Shown in pieces: positions 20,086 through 29,454 of a DNA stretch of 64,000 bases. Position numbers and translations under genes: made by a program. The stretch lies in contig OY970320.1 in NCBI GenBank assembly GCA_963716745.1, positions 2,560,001-2,624,000 of the forward strand, written 5' to 3'. The notes beneath the pieces are model-generated. The model did no database searches, had not been told where the DNA came from, and saw only the letters and a list, made by a program, of their open reading frames with translations. Positions within the stretch are counted from its first letter, which is position 1. Every line of letters begins with the position of its first letter. This DNA comes from an uncultured Gemmatimonadaceae bacterium. GTDB lineage: Bacteria > Gemmatimonadota > Gemmatimonadetes > Gemmatimonadales > Gemmatimonadaceae.

Positions 20086-21456
20086 CGCCGCGCTCCCTGT
20101 TCGATCCAGAGAACACCCCGCTCTCGCGCGACGACGCGCAGGCGCTCGCGAAGCGGACCATCGGTTTCTCCAAGGCGGAAGAGTGCCGTGTGACGATCCG
20201 GAACGGTTCGCAGGGGAATACGCGCTTCGCGGTGAACCAGGTGAGCACCGCCGGCGATTCGAGCGACACCGTGATCTCCGTGCACAGCGTGTTCGGAAAG
20301 CGGGCGGCGAGCGCGAGCACCAACAAGCTCGACGACACGTCGCTGCAGAACGTGGTCGCGCTCTCCGAGCGTCTCGCGCATTCTGGCGCCCGAGGATCCG
20401 GAGATCATGCCGGAGCTCGGACCGCAGCAGTACATCCCCGTGGATGGGTGGAGCGCTTCCACCGCCAACCTCGACGCGGCGGGCCGCGCGGCGGCCGTGC
20501 GCAGCGTCGCGACGCCGGCGCTCAACGCGGGACTCGTGGCCACGGGATTCTGCGAAGCCGACGCCGATGTGCTCGCCATCGCCAACAACAAAGGGCTGTT
20601 CGCCTTCGGCCGGCAAACGGGTGCGGCCTTCACGACCACGGTTCGCACGCCCGACGGCCGCGGCAGCGGCTGGGCGGGCGCGTCGCACTCGGATTGGTCG
20701 CGCATCGATCCGCGCGCGCTCGGCGAGCGTGCGATCGAGAAAGCGAAGAATTCGCTCGACGCGGTGGCCATCGAGCCGGGCAAGTACACCGTCGTGCTCG
20801 AGCCGACCGCGGTCGGCAACCTCGTCCAGCTGCTCGGCTTCGCGCTCAACGGCCGCGCCGCCGACGAGGGCCGCAGCTTCTTCACCAAGCCGGGCGGCGG
20901 CAACAAGATCGGCATGAAAGTCATGGACGAGCGCGTCTCGATCTGGTCCGATCCCGCGGACCCCGAAGCGCGCGCCTACCCATTCGCGCCCGATGGGCTT
21001 CCGATCGTTCGCACGCCGTGGATCACCAATGGCGTGTGCACGAATCTTTCGTACGACCGCTACTGGGCGCAGAAGCAGAGCAAGGAACCGACGCCGTTCA
21101 GCCGCTCGATGCACATGGCGGGCGGCACCGGCACGGTGGAGGATCTCGTCGCGTCCACGCAACGCGGCATCCTCGTCACCCGCTTCTGGTACATCCGTCC
21201 CGTGGACCAGCGCACGGTGCTCTTCACCGGCCTCACCCGCGACGGCACCTTCCTCATCGAGAATGGAAAGGTCACGCGTCCGATCAAGAACCTGCGCTTC
21301 AACGAATCACCCGTCTTCATGCTCAACAACCTCGAAGCCATGGGCGAGTCGGTGCGTGTGAGCGCGAGTGAGGACAGCAGTCCCGGTTCCGCCATCGTCA
21401 TGCCGCCGATCAAGGCGCACGACTTCACGTTCACCAGCCTGAGTGATGCCATCTGA
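20082..21456 (+). CDS. tldE: TldE/PmbA subunit (copy 1); apparent +1 frameshift near 20381
   Basis: ATG at 20082 overlaps the tldD stop; NTRFAVN...LSERLA continues as LAPEDPEIMPELG in another frame; IEPGKYTVVLEP, GILVTRFWY, TGLTRDGTF. Confidence 0.88.
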
Positions 21457-23090
21457 TGACTGACCGTCGACAGTTCCTCAAACACAGCGCGCAGGTCGCG
21501 GCCGCGATCGCCGCGGCCAACGCCTGGAAGGTGACCGGTGGCGCGGGCGAGCTCCTCGCCGCGTCGGCCGCGCCCGCCGCGCCGCCGCTCCCCGATGCGA
21601 CCATCAAGGCCCTCATGATGGACGCGCTCAACGCCGCGAAATCCGCCGGCGCGAGCTACGCCGATGTGCGCATCGGGCGCCAGCAGCAGAATTTCGTCTT
21701 CACGCGCGATGACCATATCAACAACGTCGTGGACACCGACTCGGTGGGCTGCGGCGTGCGCGCGCTGGTCGATGGCGCGTGGGGCTTCGCGGCCACGCGC
21801 AATCTCACGAGCGCCGCGGTCGCGGCCGCCGCGAAGGAAGCGGTGGCCATCGGCAAGGCGAACAAGATGGCGCTCGATCGTTCCGCCATCCTCGCGCCGG
21901 CGCCGGTGGTGCCGAGCGCGGTATGGAAGAGCGCGTACAAGACCGACCCGTGGGATGTGTCCGTCGAGGAGAAAGCGGACCTCCTCCTGCGCGCGAACGC
22001 GATCGCGCTCAAGACGCCGAGCGTGAAATACGTCTTCAGCGGGCTCTTCTTCGTGAAGCAGCAGCGCGACTATGCCAACAGCGATGGGTCGGTCACGCAA
22101 CAGACGACCATCCGCAGCTGGCCGCTCATGCAGATCACCGCGGTCGCGCCGGATTTCTCGGACTTCCAGAATCGCGGCAACGTGGTGCCCCCAATGGGAC
22201 GCGGCTGGGAATACGTGCTCGGCGCCGATCTCCCCGGCAACGCGGCCAAGTGGGCCGACGAAGCGGCGCAGAAGCTCAAGGCCAAGCCGGTGGAGCCGGG
22301 CAAGTACGATCTCGTGCTGCACCCGTCGCACCTCTGGCTCACGATCCACGAGTCGATCGGCCATCCCACCGAGCTCGATCGCGCGCTCGGCTACGAGGCC
22401 AACTACGCCGGCACGAGCTTCGTCTCGCCCCCGGAGAAAGTGCTCGGCAAGCTGAAGTACGGCCCCGAGTTCATGAACATCCAGGGCGACCGCTCGCAAG
22501 AAGGCGGCCTCTCGACCATCGGCTTTGATGACGAAGGCGTGAAGCCCAACGACTTCCTCATCATCAAGAACGGCATCTTCAACGACTACCAGACCACCCG
22601 CGAACAGGCGGAGTGGATCAGCTGGTGGTACAAGCAGAACAACATGGAGACGCGCTCGCACGGCTGCTCCTACGCGCAGGGCTGGGACAACGTGCAGTTC
22701 CAGCGCATGCCGAACGTGTCGCTCCTTCCGGGTGAGAAGGACCTCAAGTGGGAGGATCTCATCGCCGCGACCGACAACGGCATCGCCATCATCGGCGACG
22801 GCTCGTTCTCGATCGACCAGCAGCGGTTCAACGGCCAGTTCGGCGGCCAGACCGCCTGGGAAGTGAAGGGCGGCAAGATCGCTGGAATGCTGAAGGACGT
22901 CGCATACCAGATGCGCACGCCCGATTTCTGGAACAGCATGGACATGATCGGCGGCAAGGCCAGCTACGAACTCGGCGGATCGTTCTTCGACGGCAAGGGC
23001 CAGCCTGGGCAGGTGAATGCCGTGAGCCACGGCGCCGTGCCGTCGCGCTTCAAGCAGATCAACGTCATCAACACCGGGAGAAAAGTATGA
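21456..23090 (+). CDS. tldD: TldD metalloprotease subunit with a Tat signal peptide (copy 2)
   Basis: DRRQFLK twin-arginine motif; HESIGHPTELDR; paralog of 18448..20085. Confidence 0.92.
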   Translation: MTDRRQFLKHSAQVAAAIAAANAWKVTGGAGELLAASAAPAAPPLPDATIKALMMDALNAAKSAGASYADVRIGRQQQNFVFTRDDHINNVVDTDSVGCGVRALVDGAWGFAATRNLTSAAVAAAAKEAVAIGKANKMALDRSAILAPAPVVPSAVWKSAYKTDPWDVSVEEKADLLLRANAIALKTPSVKYVFSGLFFVKQQRDYANSDGSVTQQTTIRSWPLMQITAVAPDFSDFQNRGNVVPPMGRGWEYVLGADLPGNAAKWADEAAQKLKAKPVEPGKYDLVLHPSHLWLTIHESIGHPTELDRALGYEANYAGTSFVSPPEKVLGKLKYGPEFMNIQGDRSQEGGLSTIGFDDEGVKPNDFLIIKNGIFNDYQTTREQAEWISWWYKQNNMETRSHGCSYAQGWDNVQFQRMPNVSLLPGEKDLKWEDLIAATDNGIAIIGDGSFSIDQQRFNGQFGGQTAWEVKGGKIAGMLKDVAYQMRTPDFWNSMDMIGGKASYELGGSFFDGKGQPGQVNAVSHGAVPSRFKQINVINTGRKV

Positions 23091-24490
23091 GCGCCCGCAC
23101 TCGACCCCTCAGTCTGATCGAGCGCGACGCCCCCGCGGAATCGGCGGTGCTCACGTCGGACGAATCGCAGCGCATCATCGAGCGCTGCAGCAAGCTGTCC
23201 AAGGCGGACAGCATCGAGGTCCAGATCGGTTCCAACATCACCGGCAACACGCGCTTCGCCGCGAACCAGATGTCCACGTCGGGCAGCGTCGCCGATGTGC
23301 AGCTGGTCGTCCAGAGCAACTACGGCACGAAGCACGCGGTGGTGGTCACCAACGAACTCACCGACGACGCGATCGCGGCGGCGGTGAAAGAGTCCGAAGC
23401 GCTCGCCAAGCTCGCGCCGGATGATCCGGAAGCGATGCCGCCGCTGGGCATGCAGAAGTATCTGCCGGTGAACGCGTGGTTCGAGTCCACCGCGAAGCTC
23501 ACGCCCACGGACCGCGCCAAGGTCGCGTTGCACGCGCTCAGCAAGGCGCGCGGCGCGGGCGATCTCATGGCGTCGGGCTTCCTGCTGACGGGCGCGCAGT
23601 CGTCCGCGCTCGGCAACAGCAAGGGGATGTTCGCGTACTACCGCTCCACCAGCGCGAACTATCAACTCACTGTTCGCACGAACGATGGCTCCGGTTCCGG
23701 CTGGGCCGCACAGGACACCCAGGATTGGGAGCACTTCGATTTCAAGAGCGTCACCGAACGGGCCACGCAGAAGGCGATGCTCTCGAAGAATCCGGAGGCG
23801 ATCGAACCGGGCCGTTACACGGTGATCTTCGAAGCGCAGGCGGCGGGCGACCTCATCCAGCTCATCGGGAACCAGGCCGACGCGCGCTCCGCTGACGAGG
23901 GACGCAGCCCGTTCTCCAAGCAGGGCAAGGAGGGCGGCAACAAGGTGGGCGAGAAGATCATGGACGAACGCGTCACGATCTTCGCCGATCCGCAGGATCC
24001 GCAGCTGCGTTCCCAGCCGTTCGATGGCGACGGCCTGCCGCTCGGCCGCCAGGTGTTCATCGACAAGGGCGTGCTCAACGAGCTGTACTACTCGCGGTAC
24101 TGGGCGCAGAAGATGAAGAAGCCCGCCACCGGCAACCCGCAGAGCATCAAGATGGCGGGCTCCACCACGGGCACTTCGGTGGACGATCTCATCAAGTCCA
24201 CGCCGCGCGGCGTGCTCGTCACGCGGCTCTGGTATCTCCGTCAGGTGGACCCGCGCACCATTCTCTACACGGGCCTCACCCGCGACGGCACCTTCCTGAT
24301 CGAAGACGGCAAGATCAGCAAATCGATCCGGAATTTCCGCTTCAACGATTCACCGCTGTTCATGCTCAACAACCTCGAGATGCTCGGCACCGCCGAGCGG
24401 ATCGGCGGAACAGAGCAGGGTGGCGACATCGTGATGCCGGCGATCAAGGTGAAGGATTTCAACTTTACGTCGCTCAGCGAGGCGGTCTAG
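23087..24490 (+). CDS. tldE: TldE/PmbA subunit (copy 2)
   Basis: ATGA overlap; NTRFAAN, LAPDDPE, IEPGRYTV, GVLVTRLWY, TGLTRDGTF, FTSLSEAV. Confidence 0.9.
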   Translation: MSARTRPLSLIERDAPAESAVLTSDESQRIIERCSKLSKADSIEVQIGSNITGNTRFAANQMSTSGSVADVQLVVQSNYGTKHAVVVTNELTDDAIAAAVKESEALAKLAPDDPEAMPPLGMQKYLPVNAWFESTAKLTPTDRAKVALHALSKARGAGDLMASGFLLTGAQSSALGNSKGMFAYYRSTSANYQLTVRTNDGSGSGWAAQDTQDWEHFDFKSVTERATQKAMLSKNPEAIEPGRYTVIFEAQAAGDLIQLIGNQADARSADEGRSPFSKQGKEGGNKVGEKIMDERVTIFADPQDPQLRSQPFDGDGLPLGRQVFIDKGVLNELYYSRYWAQKMKKPATGNPQSIKMAGSTTGTSVDDLIKSTPRGVLVTRLWYLRQVDPRTILYTGLTRDGTFLIEDGKISKSIRNFRFNDSPLFMLNNLEMLGTAERIGGTEQGGDIVMPAIKVKDFNFTSLSEAV

Positions 24491-24502
24491 GATCTTGTTA
24501 TA

Positions 24503-24564
24503 GGGAAGCGGGAAGGGGGAAGCGATCTCGGAATTCCGGACGCGCTTCCCGCTTCCCGCTTCCC
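24503..24564. repeat. Inverted pair of heptamer tandem arrays (GGGAAGC)3 / (GCTTCCC)3
   Basis: gggaagcgggaagggggaagcg ... cgcttcccgcttcccgcttccc. Confidence 0.85.
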
Positions 24565-24570
24565 AGAAAG

Positions 24571-24607
24571 AAAAGGCCGGACGAGCGTCTCGCTCGTCCG
24601 GCCTTTT
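24571..24607. terminator. Bidirectional intrinsic terminator
   Basis: aaaaggccggacgagcg-tct-cgctcgtccggcctttt, a perfect stem. Confidence 0.85.
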
Positions 24608-24631
24608 CGATCTATGTAGTTCAGTTCCGCC

Positions 24632-24787
24632 TCAAGCCACGCGCTTCTTCGTCGTCGGCGCCGGGAGTTCCGGGACCGCGCTCCATTCGTAAGCCCAGAA
24701 CAGCGGCGGAGTCTCGTCGCGATCTCCGTTGGAGATGACGATGCCGAGGGGCTCAGGGGTCTGATGCATCTCTTTGCGTGCGGCCAT
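24632..24787 (-). CDS. Small 51-aa protein, absent from the ORF track
   Basis: GAGGAG RBS; MAARKEMHQTPEPLGIVISNGDRDETPPLFWAYEWSAVPELPAPTTKKRVA*; has its own promoter and terminator. Confidence 0.8.
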   Translation of the reverse strand: MAARKEMHQTPEPLGIVISNGDRDETPPLFWAYEWSAVPELPAPTTKKRVA

Positions 24788-24844
24788 AGGGACTCTCCTC
24801 GAAGGAAAAGCCCCCGGAACGGTCGAGGGCTCGCCCAGGGATAA

Positions 24845-24860
24845 AGCATCCCCCGTGCCA
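24845..24860 (-). promoter_or_regulatory. Sigma54 (-24/-12) promoter for the small protein, with an IHF-like AT-rich site at 24877-24900
   Basis: Minus strand TGGCAC-GGGGG-ATGCT (GG-N10-GC); upstream TACGAACGACTTA partly matches WATCAANNNNTTR. Confidence 0.75.
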
Positions 24861-24974
24861 GAAAACAGCAGATGCGTAAGTCGTTCGTATTAAACTAGTT
24901 GGCGACAGACGACAGCCCACAGTCGCTCTTTGTCGTCGCGAAACGACACGTCACGCCGGCGACGGTTCGTGTCC

Positions 24975-25745
24975 TTACGCCACCAACTTTCGCGCGAGGA
25001 ACGTCTCGCCGCTCGTCCCGCCGCGCTCGATGCTCACGTTCCAGCCGCGGTACACGGAGCGCAATTCCTCGAGCGGCACGAGCCGCACACCGTGCGCGCT
25101 CGTCTCAACCAGATGCACGCCGCCGGCGGTCGTCGCGCTCTGCAGCAGCGCGATCGCGCGCCGTCGCTCGTCGTCGGTCAATCCAGAGAATGCCGCCGCC
25201 GCGCACACCACGGCATTGAGCGGCATGTCGGGCGACCAGCTCGCGAGGTCCGCCACCAGGCCGCGGATCTTGCCCGTCAGCCCGACCTCCGCCGCCGCCG
25301 CGTACACGCGCTCCATCGCCTCCTCTTCGCGATCGAGCGTGGTCACATCGCAGCCGTTCGCGGCAAGGTACAGCGTCGGTCCGTCGGCGCTCGCGCCGGC
25401 GACCAGAATGTGTCGATCGTGCGAACGCTGCACTTCACGCACGAGCGCGCTGTCGGCGCGCATGCCCCACCGCTCGGGACGCTGGAACTCGGCAAGCGCT
25501 TTCACGCGGCGCTTTCGCCACGCGTCATAGCTGGGAAGCCGAAGACGCGCCTTCACGATGCGGTCCACTTCGGCGCAGAGGAGCAGTTCGGTGAGTGCCA
25601 ACTGTGCCGCTTCTTCCAGCGACTTCACCGCCTCGTCGCCGATCGCGAGGATCACGCGACGCGGCACGGACTCCTTGTAATTCTCGATCTCACGCTCGAC
25701 GTAGACTTCGTATTCGTGCTTGAGCGACTGTTGGCGATTGGCCAT
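24975..25745 (-). CDS. Conserved hypothetical protein: helical N-terminal domain plus a degenerate class I SAM-methyltransferase (TehB-like) fold
   Basis: ILVAGAS...LYLAANGCDVTTLD...ADLASW...ATTAGGVHLV resembles TehB; motif I is degenerate. Confidence 0.6.
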   Translation of the reverse strand: MANRQQSLKHEYEVYVEREIENYKESVPRRVILAIGDEAVKSLEEAAQLALTELLLCAEVDRIVKARLRLPSYDAWRKRRVKALAEFQRPERWGMRADSALVREVQRSHDRHILVAGASADGPTLYLAANGCDVTTLDREEEAMERVYAAAAEVGLTGKIRGLVADLASWSPDMPLNAVVCAAAAFSGLTDDERRRAIALLQSATTAGGVHLVETSAHGVRLVPLEELRSVYRGWNVSIERGGTSGETFLARKLVA

Positions 25746-25816
25746 TAGCACCGCGTGAGGTGTGGGCCGACAAGTCAAGCTATATCAGTCCCTTAGCCGC
25801 GCAAGACTTTGCGCCT

Positions 25817-26716
25817 CTATGCCGGCTCGACGTGCACCAACACATCGCTGGCGCCAAACTGCTGCGATACGCGCCGCTCGACCTCATCGGCGACCGCGTG
25901 TGCCTCCGCCACGCTCATCGCCGCTCGCACGCCGATCGTGATCTCGGCGCTCATCAATCCCGACGCCAACCGTCGCGATCGCGCCGCGCGCACATCGACC
26001 ACACCGCTCACCTCGAGCGCCGCGCGCCGCAGTTCCCGCGCGTCCACGCCACGCTCATCCACGAGCACCGGCACGGTGCCACGCACGATCGAATAACCAT
26101 TCCACGCGATCACGAGCGCCACGAGGATCGCGAGCGCGGGGTCTACGGCGCCCCAGCCGAGCCGGGTGAGGAGCAGCGACGAGAGCGCCGCGGCGGTCAC
26201 GAAGATGTCGCTGCTCGTGTGCGCCGCGTCGGCGAGCAGGAACGGGCTCGCCAGCTCCTCACCGCGCCGGCGTTCGAAGCGCACCACGAATACGTTCACG
26301 ACCATCGTGCTGCCGACCAGCACCAACGACGCGAGCGACGGGGTGCTCGGCTGGTCGCCCGAGATGAGATGGCGCACGCCCTCGCGCAGCAGCTCGAAGC
26401 AGGAGATCGAGAGGAATCCGACGATCGCCAGCGCGCCCAACGTCTCGAACTTCGCGTGCCCGTACGGGTGTTCGTCGTCCGGACCGCGGGCCGCGAGACC
26501 CACCAGCGCGATCCCCACCACGTTGTTCAATAGGTCGAGCGACGACTCGAGCGCGGCGCCGAGCACCGAGAGCGCGTTCGTGCGCACGCCGACCACGATC
26601 TTCACGGCGACGACGATCGCGTTGAGCGCGAGAATGAGGACGAGCGTAGAGCGCACGCCGCGCGTGCGCCCGGCGTCGTCGGGGCGCGGCGGCGGGGAGT
26701 GCGCGGGCGTGGACAC
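25817..26716 (-). CDS. Cation diffusion facilitator family transporter (FieF-like)
   Basis: PDDEHPYGHAKFE, LLADAAHTSSD, AHAVADEVE, VLVHVEP; six TM segments. Confidence 0.92.
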   Translation of the reverse strand: MSTPAHSPPPRPDDAGRTRGVRSTLVLILALNAIVVAVKIVVGVRTNALSVLGAALESSLDLLNNVVGIALVGLAARGPDDEHPYGHAKFETLGALAIVGFLSISCFELLREGVRHLISGDQPSTPSLASLVLVGSTMVVNVFVVRFERRRGEELASPFLLADAAHTSSDIFVTAAALSSLLLTRLGWGAVDPALAILVALVIAWNGYSIVRGTVPVLVDERGVDARELRRAALEVSGVVDVRAARSRRLASGLMSAEITIGVRAAMSVAEAHAVADEVERRVSQQFGASDVLVHVEPA

Positions 26717-26792
26717 GCGCGAAGTGTGTCCCGCGGCGAGGTGCGGGTCAACCGTGGTTGACCTTTCCGCGCGCGACGCCGACCGTTCACGG

Positions 26793-27574
26793 ATGCCCGA
26801 GCTCCCCGAGATCGAAGCGGCCGCCGCCCAGCTGCGCGCCGCGCTGTCAGGCGCGACGATCGCCGGCATAACGGTGTCGCACCCGGCGTTCGCGCGGCGC
26901 CTGCCGGCCACGACCGCCCGCGCGCTCGCGGGCCGCGTCGTGCTCGGCGTGGCGCGCCGCGGGAAGCATCAGATCATCAGCTTCGATGGCGGCGGCGTGC
27001 TGGTCGTTCACTTTCGCTTGAACGGCGAGTGGGAGGTGGGCCGCGCCGGCGACGAAGCGCCGCGCTTCTCGCGCGTGGTCATCGCGCTCGCGAACGGCGA
27101 TCGCGTGTCGCTCGTGGATTCACGCGCGCTCTCGACGTTCCAATTCGCTCTCGATGCCGCCGTCGCTCCTGCCGCGCATGGGCCCCGAGGCCACCGATCC
27201 CGGCATTCACCGCCGGCGTACTCGGCGCCGCACTCGCCCGGAAGAAGGGTCCGATCAAACCCGCGCTGCTCGACCAGCGCGTCGTCGCGGGGCTCGGGAA
27301 CATCTACGTGGCCGAGGCGCTCTGGCTCGCGAAGATCGATCCACGGGTGCGCGCCGCCAAACTCGGCGCGCCGCGTCGCGCGCGACTCGTGAAAGCGATA
27401 CAGGATGTGCTGCGCCGTGCGCCGAGCGGCCGCTACTGGATGAGCGACCGCACGACGAACTGGCGCGTGTACGACCGCGAGGGAGAGAAGTGCCGGCGCT
27501 GTGGCGCCAAGATCCGCCGCATCACGCAGGCGGGCCGCTCGACGTTCTTCTGCCCTGGGTGCCAGCTTCGCTGA
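26793..27574 (+). CDS. mutM: Formamidopyrimidine-DNA glycosylase (Fpg/Nei); two apparent frameshifts near 27160 and 27200
   Basis: MPELPEIE, RRGKH, MGPE, LLDQRVVAGLGNIY and zinc finger CRRC...RSTFFCPGCQ, spread over three frames. Confidence 0.9.
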
Positions 27575-27577
27575 CCC

Positions 27578-27641
27578 ATCATGTGAATCATGTGAATCCT
27601 GTCAAAGGCACTTCGGACAGGATTCACATGATTCACATGAT
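27578..27641. repeat. Perfect 26-bp inverted repeat built from 9-bp tandem units, between convergent mutM and rlmI
   Basis: atcatgtgaatcatgtgaatcctgtc-N12-gacaggattcacatgattcacatgat; an extra aatcctgtc at 27646. Confidence 0.9.
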
Positions 27642-27656
27642 TGGAAATCCTGTCGT

Positions 27657-28820
27657 TCAGTCCATCGCTTCGACGATGGCGCCCTTGAGATATCCTGTCT
27701 CGGGGATCGTGAGCACTTCCGGATGGTCCAGCGGTTGTCCCCGGATCTCGCGGAGAGTCATGCGTCGCCCCGAATCCGCCGCGGCGCTCTCGATCATCTC
27801 CAGGAATGCGGCCTTCGACAGATGGAAGCTGCAGCTCGCGGTGAACATCAGGCCGCCGCGCTCGAGCAGGCGCATGCCGCGCAGGTTGATCTCCTTGTAC
27901 CCACGGATCGCGGCCGGCAGCGCGCTCCGCGATTTCGCGAACGCCGGCGGGTCGAGCACGATCGTGTCGTAACGTGCGCGCGACTTCTCCTGCGCGCGCA
28001 GGAACTCGAACGCATCCTGCTCCACGAAGTCGATGTTCGTGATCGCGTTTCGCTCGGCGTTGGCGCGCGCCCGCGCCAGTGCTGCGGTGCTCGTGTCGAG
28101 CGCCGTCACGCGTTCGGCGCGCTTCGCGAGGTGTAGCGCGAACGACCCGTGGTACGCGAAACAGTCGAGCGCGCGCCCGCGCGCGAGGGCGCCGATCAGC
28201 ACGCGATTCTCGCGCTGATCGAGGAACGCTCCTGTCTTCTGGCCTTCCCACGGCGCCGCGAGATATCGCACGCCGTGCTCATCCACTTCCACCTCGCGCG
28301 GCACGTCGCCGGCCAGCACCACGGTCTCACGTGCGAGTCCTTCCTTGTCGCGCACGTGCGCATCGTTGCGCGCGAGGATGCCCGCCGGCCGCACGACCTC
28401 GGTGAGCGCGTTCACGATCTCCGCGCGGTATCGCTCGAGCCCCGCGCTCAAGAGCTGCACCACGAGCCACTGGTCGTAACGGTCCACCACGAGCGACGGG
28501 CAGCCATCGGCCTCGCCGTGCACCACGCGGTACGCGTTCGTCTCGCCGCGCAACGGCGCGCGCCGCGCCGCCGCCCGCGCGATCCGTTCGCGCCACCAGC
28601 CGGCGTCGATCACCGCGCCCGGCGACGGATCGAGACGGCGGAGCACGATCTCCGACCGCGGACTCCACAACGCCCAGCCCAGCACCGACGCGCCCTTCTC
28701 TCGCACGCGCACCGCGCCCGGCGGCTCCTTCGGCTCGGTCACGAGATCGCTCCGGAAGATCCACGGATGTCCCGCGGCCCAGCGGCGCGCGCCGCGCGCC
28801 GACACCACGGCGTCGCTCAT
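27657..28820 (-). CDS. rlmI: 23S rRNA m5C1962-type SAM methyltransferase (RlmI family)
   Basis: GHPWIF, HGEADG, GQKTGAFLDQRENR, LDPPAFAK, TASCS, DHP, ETGYLK. Confidence 0.88.
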   Translation of the reverse strand: MSDAVVSARGARRWAAGHPWIFRSDLVTEPKEPPGAVRVREKGASVLGWALWSPRSEIVLRRLDPSPGAVIDAGWWRERIARAAARRAPLRGETNAYRVVHGEADGCPSLVVDRYDQWLVVQLLSAGLERYRAEIVNALTEVVRPAGILARNDAHVRDKEGLARETVVLAGDVPREVEVDEHGVRYLAAPWEGQKTGAFLDQRENRVLIGALARGRALDCFAYHGSFALHLAKRAERVTALDTSTAALARARANAERNAITNIDFVEQDAFEFLRAQEKSRARYDTIVLDPPAFAKSRSALPAAIRGYKEINLRGMRLLERGGLMFTASCSFHLSKAAFLEMIESAAADSGRRMTLREIRGQPLDHPEVLTIPETGYLKGAIVEAMD

Positions 28821-29440
28821 CCGGGTCCCTCCATCGCCGCGCGCAACGATCGCGCCGCCGCCTCCGGATCGCGGGCGCCCATCACCGCGCGGATCACGGC
28901 GACGCCGGCCGCGCCGGCGATCATCGCGCCCGCCGCGTTCCGCGCGTCGATCCCGCCGATCGCCACGGCCGGCACCCGGCACGCGCGCGCGAGACGCGCG
29001 AACGCCACCGGGCCGATCGCGCGCCCCGCATCGGCCTTGGAACTCGTGTCGTACAGCGGTCCGATCCCCACGTAGTCCGCGCCGTGCGCGAGGGTCACCT
29101 CGGCGTCGCTCCCCACCGACGCGCCCACGATGAATCCCGGCGGCACCAGCCGCCGCACCGCGGCCGCCGGAAGATCGTCGGGTCCCACGTGCACGCCGGC
29201 GGCGCTCGCCACGAGCGCGACGTCCAGGCGGTCGTTCACGACGAGCGGCACGCCCGCGGGCAGCGCCACGGCCAAGGCGCGCGCCACTTCCACCAGTGAC
29301 CGCGCGTCCGCATCTTTGAGCCGCAACTGGATCATCGTCGCGCCGCCGCGCACCGCGGCCAGCGCGCGCGCGATGAGGCCGGAAGCGCCGTCGCGCACAT
29401 CGTCGGTGATCGCCACCAGTCTCAGCGTGCCCGCGTCCAT
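28817..29440 (-). CDS. thiE: Thiamine phosphate synthase
   Basis: QLRLK, VNDRLDVA, GVHVGPDD, DYVGIGP, TSSK, VAIGGI. Confidence 0.93.
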   Translation of the reverse strand: MDAGTLRLVAITDDVRDGASGLIARALAAVRGGATMIQLRLKDADARSLVEVARALAVALPAGVPLVVNDRLDVALVASAAGVHVGPDDLPAAAVRRLVPPGFIVGASVGSDAEVTLAHGADYVGIGPLYDTSSKADAGRAIGPVAFARLARACRVPAVAIGGIDARNAAGAMIAGAAGVAVIRAVMGARDPEAAARSLRAAMEGPG

Positions 29441-29454
29441 CACTCCGCCCCGCC

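Noticed and set aside
20370..20400. Programmed frameshift or true pseudogene in tldE1 (and in waaA, mutM and the ntrX-like gene)
   Set aside because: No slippery heptamer or stimulatory structure; such indels are scattered through the window, including essential genes, which favours sequencing error
18448..24787. RiPP biosynthetic cluster (TldDE plus a small peptide)
   Set aside because: No YcaO, radical SAM, lanthipeptide or transporter genes nearby; the TldDs appear exported while the peptide has no signal; orientation is convergent
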